Below are positions 26,827-34,482 of a stretch of 42,977 bases of DNA, in pieces. Both the position numbers and the translations under genes were made by a program. The stretch is from NCBI GenBank assembly GCA_964495315.1, contig CAZBVH010000003.1, positions 5,121 to 48,097 of the forward strand. The letters are read 5' to 3'. Position 1 is the first letter of the stretch. Every line of letters starts with the position of its first letter. Source of the DNA: an uncultured Candidatus Bathyarchaeia archaeon. Lineage in GTDB: Archaea > Thermoproteota > Bathyarchaeia > RBG-16-48-13 > GCA-020345945. Under the pieces are notes generated by a model that saw nothing but the letters and a program-made list of their open reading frames with translations, ran no database searches and had not been told where the DNA came from.

Positions 26827-27336
26827 ATGCTCTTCGCCAAGAGGATTTCCGCCGAGATAGCCAAGAGAACCTTCAGAAGATTCGAAGCTGAGGGCTTAAC
26901 TACGCCAGACAAGATACTGGATGCGGGCTGGGATCGCCTGGTTGAGGTACTGGATTCAGGAGGTTATGTCAGATACGACTTCTCGACAGCCTCAAACCTG
27001 CTTGAAGTCATGAGTAGGCTAAGAGAGAGGTATGGGAATCTGGAAGAGCTTCACAGACAAGCTGCCAACCCGATCGATCTAGAGAAGCGTCTCCAGGAGT
27101 TCAAAGGCGTCGGACCGGTGTCATCCAACATATTCTTGAGAGAACTCAGAGACATATGGGAGAAGGCTAAGCCCAAACCTTCACTGATGGCGTTGAACAC
27201 CGGCAGAAAGTTGGGAATTACAGAAGTCGAATTGTACGAACCCTCACTCGTGCGGTTGAACATCGAGTACTGCAAGAAGCACCGATGCAAAGACTGTCCG
27301 GTTCAAGAAGACTGTCAGGAACACTCAGATCTTTGA
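26827..27336 (+). CDS. HhH protein with C-terminal Cys loop (DNA-glycosylase-superfamily-like)
   Basis: FKGVGPVSSNIFLREL is an HhH, and CKKHRCKDCPVQEDC (Cx4Cx2Cx5C) resembles the Nth-type Fe-S cluster loop. The frame is open upstream to 26683 with protein-like sequence but no start codon (see findings). Confidence 0.55.
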   Translation: MLFAKRISAEIAKRTFRRFEAEGLTTPDKILDAGWDRLVEVLDSGGYVRYDFSTASNLLEVMSRLRERYGNLEELHRQAANPIDLEKRLQEFKGVGPVSSNIFLRELRDIWEKAKPKPSLMALNTGRKLGITEVELYEPSLVRLNIEYCKKHRCKDCPVQEDCQEHSDL

Positions 27337-27489
27337 AGCTCTGCTTTGATCAGCCCCAAGCTACGGGGTTCAAGAATCTGCTGCGACTTTGATGCTGAGC
27401 GAGGACCTCGCTTGTCGAACAACTATTAAACGCTACTGGTCACCCCACCATGACGGCGAGCAAGTGTGAAGAGAGAGGACTCATCAGCG

Positions 27490-28635
27490 ATGATGACCCA
27501 TAAGGAACGGTTCATGACCGCGGTGCACTTAGAGGAGCCCGACATCGTGCCAATAGACGCCTCCTTCATAGACCCAATTCACGTCGAGGCGATCACGGGA
27601 AAACAGACCTACGGGGCAGGCTCCGGCGGTGGTGGAGGTGGAGTCGTCGCCGAGAGGAGAGGTGAGGAGGATCTCAACGCGATGATGATGCATAGGCAGA
27701 AGCTTGAGAATGAAGCGAAACGGAAGCTTGAGCTAGATGCGTTCTCAGTCTCAGACTACAACGTATTCCCGGAGGGTTACCGCCCAAGGTTCATCAGCCA
27801 AGACACTTACGTCGATCATTTCGCTAGGGTGTACAGGATTAGACCTGACTCCAGAACCACCTGGTGGATAGACGGGCAGATAAAAAGCCCGGAAGACCTA
27901 GATAGCTGGGAGTTTCCTGACCCAGACGAGATCAACTACGACATCGTAGATCTCACTGTTGAGGAGGCAGGTGACGAGTATCCTGTCGTGATCTGGATCC
28001 ACGGGTCTATGATGTTCCCATATCTGATGAGAGGCGGGATAGACAAGCTCGTACTAGACATATATCGGAAACCGGATTTCGCCAAGAAGCTGATCAAGAC
28101 CGTCGCAGACCTAAACCTTGAGATTACCAGAAGAATGCTTAATCGAGGGGGAGACCTGGTCGCTGAGAGCGACGACATAGCCGATGTCAAGAGCCCATTC
28201 TTCCCTCCAAAGATCTTCAAAGAGTTCTTCTTCCCCCACCTGAAGAGGCTGATAGACGAGTGCCACAGGAGGAATCTCCCCTACATGAAGCACTCGGATG
28301 GAAATCTCTACCCGATACTGGATGACCTCATCGATCTCGGGGTGAACGGCCTACACCCGATCGAGCCGGGTGTAATGGACCTCGCCGATGTGAAGAAACA
28401 CTACGGGAAACGAATATTCCTTAGAGGAAACGTCGACATAACCCACGTACTGCCTTACGGAACAGAAGAGGATGTAAGGAGAGACGTGAGGAGATGCATA
28501 GATGCAGCGGCAGAATCCGGGGGATTCATATTAGCAGACAGCAACAGCCTCCACAGCAATGTGAAGACTGAGAACATCTTGACAATGATCGACGAGGGCA
28601 GAAAATACGGTCGTTATCCCATAAGGAAGACGTGA
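27490..28635 (+). CDS. URO-D family methyltransferase-like protein (non-canonical metal site)
   Basis: URO-D-like C-terminal half (LHPIEPGVMDLADVKKHYGKRIFLRGNVD...GGFILADSNSLH). H-S-D-G (28291-28302) sits where MtaA-type enzymes have H-x-C-G. A Gly6 run lies at 27614-27643. Start taken at ATG 27490. Confidence 0.7.
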   Translation: MMTHKERFMTAVHLEEPDIVPIDASFIDPIHVEAITGKQTYGAGSGGGGGGVVAERRGEEDLNAMMMHRQKLENEAKRKLELDAFSVSDYNVFPEGYRPRFISQDTYVDHFARVYRIRPDSRTTWWIDGQIKSPEDLDSWEFPDPDEINYDIVDLTVEEAGDEYPVVIWIHGSMMFPYLMRGGIDKLVLDIYRKPDFAKKLIKTVADLNLEITRRMLNRGGDLVAESDDIADVKSPFFPPKIFKEFFFPHLKRLIDECHRRNLPYMKHSDGNLYPILDDLIDLGVNGLHPIEPGVMDLADVKKHYGKRIFLRGNVDITHVLPYGTEEDVRRDVRRCIDAAAESGGFILADSNSLHSNVKTENILTMIDEGRKYGRYPIRKT

Positions 28636-28651
28636 CCGAAGAGGTGATGTC

Positions 28652-29311
28652 ATGGATCGGGACAAGCAAGTTCTTGAGAAGATTGCGGAGAACATAGCTG
28701 ACCTGAAGTCTGAAGAAGTTCTGCAAGGCATCAAGGATGCACTGGATAAGGGGTTCACCGCCCAAGAGATAATGAGGGACGGGCTGAGCAAGGGAATGGA
28801 GACGGTAGGGAACAGGTATGAGAAGGGAGACTACTTCCTCTCCGAGCTGATCATGGCGGCAACCGTGATGAATGAGGGAATGGAGGCACTTCGACCGCAT
28901 CTCAAGGGAGGATTGACAGCAAACGCTGGGAAGGCGGTGATAGGTACCGTCGAGGGGGACCTACATGACATCGGCAAGAACATAGTCGCCTCCCTGCTCC
29001 GGTCAGCCGGCTTCGAGGTCAACGATCTAGGAACAGATGTGCCGCCAGCAAGGTTCGTGGAGAGCGTAAAGGAGGATAAACCTGATCTACTCTGCATGTC
29101 AACGCTGCTCAGCGTCAGCATGTTCAAGGTCAAAGAAACCATAGGCAAGATCGAGGACGCAGACCTCCGGAAGCATGTCAAGATACTAGTGGGCGGACGC
29201 TGTCTAAACGATAAGATTGCGTCCGAGATGGGAGCCGATGCATTCGGTGAAGATGCGTGGGACGCGGTCAACAAGGCGAAAAAGCTGCTGGAGAAGCGCC
29301 CATCGAGTTAA
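28652..29311 (+). CDS. corrinoid (cobalamin-binding) protein
   Basis: GTVEGDLHDIGKN (DxHxxG), MSTLLS (SxL) and ILVGG. GAGGTGA SD. Starts 16 nt after the URO-D-like gene. Confidence 0.85.
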   Translation: MDRDKQVLEKIAENIADLKSEEVLQGIKDALDKGFTAQEIMRDGLSKGMETVGNRYEKGDYFLSELIMAATVMNEGMEALRPHLKGGLTANAGKAVIGTVEGDLHDIGKNIVASLLRSAGFEVNDLGTDVPPARFVESVKEDKPDLLCMSTLLSVSMFKVKETIGKIEDADLRKHVKILVGGRCLNDKIASEMGADAFGEDAWDAVNKAKKLLEKRPSS

Positions 29312-29483
29312 GGTTTGCAGCCTACCCCCTTCAAGTGCTTGTCTTGCTCTCGCCGCCTGTAGGCGGACAATTGCATTTGATCCAGCTTAAAAGTGGCTCC
29401 TGACAGGCCAGCGACTTTCCTTGAGGACACCTACGGGTTTCAAGCGGTGAACTTATTTTCTCACTACCCATCATTCCACACCT

Positions 29484-30215
29484 ATGAAGACGCTCGACTT
29501 AGTAGCCACAGGCGTTAATGCTGCCCTCTACGCAGTCTTCGGATATCTGACATACTTGGGAATCTTCGCGCCTCTGATCGGCGTAGTGAGGTTCTGGCCT
29601 TCCGTGATTATACCTGCTGTTTTCGCGATAATCTTCGGCCCTCTAGTGGGCGGTCTCGGGGCAGCCATAGGCATCTTCATCAGCGACATGCTGATCCATG
29701 GGAATGCGCTGCTGAGTCTAGTTGCAGGAGTCCCATCAAACTTCGTGGCCTTCTTCCTCGTCGGACACATTGGGAGAAGGCAGATAGGCAACCGAGTCGT
29801 CGTGGCAAGTGCTATGTTAGGAGTGATGGTCGGAGCCTCTTCTCTTTGGCTCTACTCCATCGGTCGTCTAGACGTGGCAACTGCAGGACTGTTCGCAGCG
29901 ATATGTATTCTCAGTGCTCTTGCAACCCTCATTATCTCGGCTGTCTGGCCGACAAGACGAAGCTACGGAGTTGCCAGTATCGTAGGCTTAGCGGTCGGCA
30001 GCGCCATGATCGGCATAGGCGTGTGGGGTTTCAGCAAGATATTCATGCTTCCATCAGGCGAGACCGACCTGCCATTCTACGCAAGCATCTTCTGGTTCAT
30101 CTGGACGTATGCCACGGAGATCCCTTTCCTTATACTCCTAGTTCCACCCATAGTGAAAGCCTGTTACGCGGCATTTCCCCGCTTCAAACCCTCAGCAGAT
30201 CGGAGGAGTTCCTAG
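29484..30215 (+). CDS. polytopic membrane protein, ECF-transporter S-component-like
   Basis: 243 aa and about 6 TM helices. The N-terminal pattern DLVATGVNAALYAVFGYL...RFWPSVIIPAVFAIIFGPLVGGLGAAIGIFISD resembles vitamin-specific S components. Its stop TAG is immediately followed by the next ATG. Confidence 0.4.
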   Translation: MKTLDLVATGVNAALYAVFGYLTYLGIFAPLIGVVRFWPSVIIPAVFAIIFGPLVGGLGAAIGIFISDMLIHGNALLSLVAGVPSNFVAFFLVGHIGRRQIGNRVVVASAMLGVMVGASSLWLYSIGRLDVATAGLFAAICILSALATLIISAVWPTRRSYGVASIVGLAVGSAMIGIGVWGFSKIFMLPSGETDLPFYASIFWFIWTYATEIPFLILLVPPIVKACYAAFPRFKPSADRRSS

Positions 30216-31178
30216 ATGACGGAGAGAAATGCGGCTGCTTTCTCTCCGGCGGGAATCTCGAGTTTCTTCGAGATATGTGACAGGAATCCAGACGGATCAA
30301 AGATCAAGGATTCCTCCCGGATTGGAGCTAGGGGAGGAGGATTCGGACTTCAAAAGGGAGTAAGAACGGTGGTCAAGATCAGACCAACCGAAGAGACGTA
30401 TATAAGAACATACATAGACGGGAAGGCTACCAGAGCCATAACCTCCGAGACGACCGCCAAAGAGTTGCTCAAGAGGGTCGAAGGCAGGTTTGAGGTAGAG
30501 ATAAGCCATCAAGTAGAGGTTCCTATCGGATCAGGCTTCGGGACAAGTGCGGCAGGAGCCTTCTCTTGCGGTCTGGCTTTGGCACAAGCCCTAGCGTTGC
30601 CGATGACCTACAATGAGATCGGAGTAGTCGCCCACAATGCAGACGTCGTTTGCGGCACAGGATTGGGAACCGTGGAAGGACTTGCCGTCGGGGGGCTCGT
30701 CCTGGTTATTGAACCCGGCGCCCCTGGAATTGGGATAACGGATCAGATCCCAGTCTCCCCTGACCTGATGGTTGTAGCTGGCAGCTTTCAACCTATCGAG
30801 AAGAGCACAGTAATACTCTCGGAGGAGAAGAGGAGCGTGATTAACAGGCTCGGGCAGGAGACGATGCGCAAGATCCTATTGAAGCCCGACGTTGAGAACT
30901 TCATGAAACGCTGCAAAGACTTTGCATTTGGAGCAGGATTGATGTCGAACAGAGTTCGGAGCCTGATAGGGGAAGCAGAGAGAGCAGGCGCCCTAGGTTC
31001 TACACAGAACATGATAGGTGAGGCCGTCCATGCGGTCGTATACAAGGAGGAATTGAACTCGGTTAGGCATGTCTTCGAGAAGTATCTTCCATCCGAGAGC
31101 ATTGTCGTGTCAGAGATCGACTTTCAAGGGGCGAGGATACTCCACATGAATCGGACTCGCCCTCAGTCGATCGGCTAG
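30216..31178 (+). CDS. GHMP-family kinase, archaeal pantoate-kinase (COG1829)-like
   Basis: VPIGSGFGTSAAGAFSCGLALAQAL is the GHMP phosphate-binding motif. The N-terminus AAFSPAGISSFFEI resembles archaeal pantoate kinases. Substrate not established. Confidence 0.5.
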   Translation: MTERNAAAFSPAGISSFFEICDRNPDGSKIKDSSRIGARGGGFGLQKGVRTVVKIRPTEETYIRTYIDGKATRAITSETTAKELLKRVEGRFEVEISHQVEVPIGSGFGTSAAGAFSCGLALAQALALPMTYNEIGVVAHNADVVCGTGLGTVEGLAVGGLVLVIEPGAPGIGITDQIPVSPDLMVVAGSFQPIEKSTVILSEEKRSVINRLGQETMRKILLKPDVENFMKRCKDFAFGAGLMSNRVRSLIGEAERAGALGSTQNMIGEAVHAVVYKEELNSVRHVFEKYLPSESIVVSEIDFQGARILHMNRTRPQSIG

Positions 31179-31381
31179 CTGAGGGCATATTGACTTACTG
31201 AAAGAGCACAAGACAGGTAGACGTGCATCGAAGATGTCTAATCTTCTGTCTCCTACCGACCGTGGACTATCAAGGGTTACCATGAGCAGGAAACTGATGG
31301 AATCCATGTCCGAGCCCAAACCACTAAATCTCGAGACAGGAGAACCTTCTTAACTGCTATGGGTCAAAATGGCTGTTCGAC

Positions 31382-32389
31382 TTATCTCGCTGCATATTCT
31401 GATTCGACCTGCTCAGCCTCAGGCAGCCCGAGATCGGACCAGAAACGGGCAACGTCGTCCTCAAGCTCAGAGACGCTATTGAACTCTGTTTCTTTGAGAT
31501 GTCTTAGAACCTCAGCGGCTCGGATCGCTCTGTCAGGTTTGAGCCAGACATACCATTTCCCGCAGTCCTCTATCAGTCGGCTCCTTTCTACGGGCCAGTT
31601 CTCATAGGGTTCAAGTGCTATTCTAAGCGATCTGGGACCGAACGGCGAAGGAGGCAGCTCTCCCGTCTCGACCATTTTTCGGAACCTTTGGGCATCTCGA
31701 TACATATTGTAGTTGTTGAAGAAGACATAGACCTCTTTCGCCTCCGCTAAGGTCTTCTCTATTCTCTGTCTGAGCCTGAGAAGCTGAGAGTTGGTGTAAG
31801 CATATCGCAAGTTGTATCCGGGAAGACCGTGGAGTCTGATGTAAGCCATCTTTGAGATCACTGCTGGATCGTTCTTCATCAAGTCGACCACATGAGCCAG
31901 ACCGTGCTTCTCGAGGATGCCGCTGAGCTTGAGCCTGTTCTCCTTGGTCTCCCACCCTGATCCCCGAGTCTCCCAGGCCAGGGGCACTCCATGTTCCTTG
32001 ACTTTCTCGAAGAAGAGGTCGACAATCCTAAGAGTGTCCTCTGTCGGGGTTAGGGTCGAAGGGGTCTGAATTAGGATAGCTTTCGCCTGGCAAACCAGTG
32101 CTGCCTGAACCATCCTTTGGAAGACACCCAATGCATCAGTGGTCGCATTCAGCCTCCACTCGTGACTGAGAGACCTGTGAGACTTAATGGTAAACCTGAA
32201 CCCCCGTGGAACCTGGGCTCTCCAACTCCTGTACGTGTCAAAGCGATGAAACTTGTAGAAGCTGCTGTTTATCTCGACAGCCCTGAAGAGTTTAGCATAG
32301 ACTTGAAGGGAACTCTTTCCTACCCTTTGAGAGGGCTGAACGCCCTGATAGATCCTGGACCATCCACACGTTCCAACATTTACGAGCAT
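31382..32389 (-). CDS. DUF72 (UPF0759) family protein with ~90-aa C-terminal extension
   Basis: VGTCGWS...YAKLFRAVEINSSFYKFHRFDTYRSWRAQVPRGFRFTIKSHRSLSH is typical DUF72. Start taken at ATG 32389. Confidence 0.7.
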   Translation of the reverse strand: MLVNVGTCGWSRIYQGVQPSQRVGKSSLQVYAKLFRAVEINSSFYKFHRFDTYRSWRAQVPRGFRFTIKSHRSLSHEWRLNATTDALGVFQRMVQAALVCQAKAILIQTPSTLTPTEDTLRIVDLFFEKVKEHGVPLAWETRGSGWETKENRLKLSGILEKHGLAHVVDLMKNDPAVISKMAYIRLHGLPGYNLRYAYTNSQLLRLRQRIEKTLAEAKEVYVFFNNYNMYRDAQRFRKMVETGELPPSPFGPRSLRIALEPYENWPVERSRLIEDCGKWYVWLKPDRAIRAAEVLRHLKETEFNSVSELEDDVARFWSDLGLPEAEQVESEYAAR

Positions 32390-32521
32390 CTCAAAGCCTT
32401 CCAACGCAATGGATCAAGACAGGAGAAGAAGCTTCCCACCGACTTCCTCTTGACGCTCAAGCCTCCGGTCAAGAGGGTCCGCCGCATCGGCAAGCTTCTT
32501 GGAACATCCACTAGGCGATGG

Positions 32522-33280
32522 CTACGAAATCTTCTCGATCCAAGAGATGATTCTGTCGATCACTTCTTGTCTTTGGTACGAGAAGACGTGATCTGCCCCA
32601 CTAACGACAAAGATTTCTTTGGGCTCCCGAGCAGCTTCGTAAAGTTCGTACGCATTCTTGACTTCGACGACCGCATCACTGTCTCCATGTATTATCAAGA
32701 CTGGACGAGCAGAGATCATCCCGATCTTCTCCACAGGATTATGTTTCTCCGCCAGAATCTGCCGCTCCTCAACATAGTCCTCAAAGGTCATGCCCTTCAG
32801 GAATTGGAGAGAGCGGTCTGCACGTCCTCTGTCTAGTTTGAATCTTCTCGCATCACCGATGCCTGAGATCGCTACTACGCCTGCTATCCGTTTGTCTATC
32901 GCTCCTACGTTTATGGCAAGCCAGCTGCCCATGCTGTGACCGACCAGCAGAATCTTGTCGGGATCAACGTCAGGTCTACTTCTCAAAACCTTCAGAGCGG
33001 ATAACGTGTCATCGATCTGACCCGTGAACGTGTAGTTTCCCTCACTACCCCAGGCGCCCCTATAATGAAAGATCAACGCGTGGTAGCCGAGCTGCCTCAG
33101 AGCTTGGGCGATATCGTAGTTCTTCTCAAACCCCGGAAACCCATGGAGAAGAACCGCGGCAGGGCTCCTCCCACTTCCTCGGGTCCGATATAAAGTGCCG
33201 AGAAGCTTACACCCTTGACTGCGGATTATGATCCCCTCAAGATCCCCTATTGGAGACTTCTCTCCAGACATGCACATCAA
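32522..33280 (-). CDS. alpha/beta hydrolase (dienelactone-hydrolase / S9-like)
   Basis: LLHGFPG, the nucleophile elbow GHSMGS, and a distal IHGDSD...ADHVF pattern. Confidence 0.75.
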   Translation of the reverse strand: MMCMSGEKSPIGDLEGIIIRSQGCKLLGTLYRTRGSGRSPAAVLLHGFPGFEKNYDIAQALRQLGYHALIFHYRGAWGSEGNYTFTGQIDDTLSALKVLRSRPDVDPDKILLVGHSMGSWLAINVGAIDKRIAGVVAISGIGDARRFKLDRGRADRSLQFLKGMTFEDYVEERQILAEKHNPVEKIGMISARPVLIIHGDSDAVVEVKNAYELYEAAREPKEIFVVSGADHVFSYQRQEVIDRIISWIEKIS

Positions 33281-33429
33281 CCCAGGTTCAGGGTTGCCTC
33301 CCAGTTCTTAAGAATCTTCTTGCCTCGAAAGATAGGAGGACTCACAAGCCTCGTGCACCTAAGGGTTCTTCGCGGAGCCAGGAGCCTCGCTCTCAAGATT
33401 CGTTTGCCTAGCAATCCAATTAGGCTTCT

Positions 33430-34233
33430 TCAACCACGCTTCTTGTCTCTCTCCTCATAGTAGCGATCGAGTATCATCTCCAGGAGCACCGGCTGGAGAT
33501 TATAGAGTGATCTGGCGTCTCCTTTCTGGAAGAACAGTCTTACCGAGAAGGTCTTCCCGAGGCGATCGGCATCTATGAGATAGTGCTTCGGGGTGTCCAC
33601 AAGCCGCTCTCTGTGCTCTCGGCAGAACTCGTTGATCGCGGGGTCCAGGATCTTCCTGACCACCCTCTCGTTGCTGAGGGAATGGTCGAAGCAGCTGAGC
33701 GTGAAGCTGTAGTCGATGATGCCTTCCTTTGTGCAGTGAACGATCCTGCTGTTCAGGACCTGCGTGTTCGGGATCTTCACCAGGTTCCGTGTCCTCGTGT
33801 ATATCATCGTATAGTTTATTGTGATCTCCTCGATCTGACCCTCAATATCGCCAATCTTCACAAAGTCATTGACAGTAAAGGGTCGGCTCACAAGGATGTA
33901 CAGACCGGCAACGAAGTTGCCTATGGTCTGGGAGGACCCGAAACCTATCGCTGTTCCTGCGAGGGCCGAGGCACCTAGGAACCAGTCCGTCGACAGACCG
34001 AGAACCTGTATGACAATCACAATCCCGAACCAGACGACAACAACTTTCGCCAAGAGTTGGAGTATGTTCATTGCATGCTCTTCGACACCGAATCTCTTTC
34101 CGATCTGCAAGAGGTACTTTCTGGACACTCGATAGATGAGCCAGAAGGCGACCAGCGAGACTGTGAGTTCGATGACTTTCCACACAAGTCTCGAATCGAT
34201 CGCCGCGAGTATCTGGAATATGTTATCGAACAT
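33430..34233 (-). CDS. small-conductance mechanosensitive channel (MscS family)
   Basis: Three N-terminal TM helices, then GFGSSQTIGNFVAGLYILVSRPFTVNDFVKIGDIEGQIEEI (MscS pore and beta-domain signature). Confidence 0.8.
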   Translation of the reverse strand: MFDNIFQILAAIDSRLVWKVIELTVSLVAFWLIYRVSRKYLLQIGKRFGVEEHAMNILQLLAKVVVVWFGIVIVIQVLGLSTDWFLGASALAGTAIGFGSSQTIGNFVAGLYILVSRPFTVNDFVKIGDIEGQIEEITINYTMIYTRTRNLVKIPNTQVLNSRIVHCTKEGIIDYSFTLSCFDHSLSNERVVRKILDPAINEFCREHRERLVDTPKHYLIDADRLGKTFSVRLFFQKGDARSLYNLQPVLLEMILDRYYEERDKKRG

Positions 34234-34482
34234 AGGTACATCGTCTCCAGAAGACTAGGCAAACCCGAGCTTAGAATCATTGTTGGTCTGTAACCAAGAT
34301 AAAGGTAGAGAGACTCCTTCTCCAGACAGAGCAGGTCTGGGATCTGCCGCTTAGCGTGAAGGAGGGCTGGACATTAAGCTTTCGGAATGCTTCCTGATTC
34401 CCTCCCGTAAAATGGATCTCATCTACCCCGAATACGCGAGCAGGGGTACCTGGACACCCACCCAACCCGCCAGATCAGCTCA

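Noticed and set aside
29312-29483. Possible cobalamin riboswitch upstream of the ECF-S-like gene, next to a corrinoid protein.
   Set aside because: I found no match to the B12-box consensus, only short weak hairpins (CCGC-CTGTAG-GCGG). Riboswitches of this class are not expected in archaea.
32117-32836. 239-aa plus-strand ORF.
   Set aside because: It is antisense to both the DUF72 and alpha/beta-hydrolase genes, which have clear family motifs. It spans their intergenic gap, so it is a shadow ORF.
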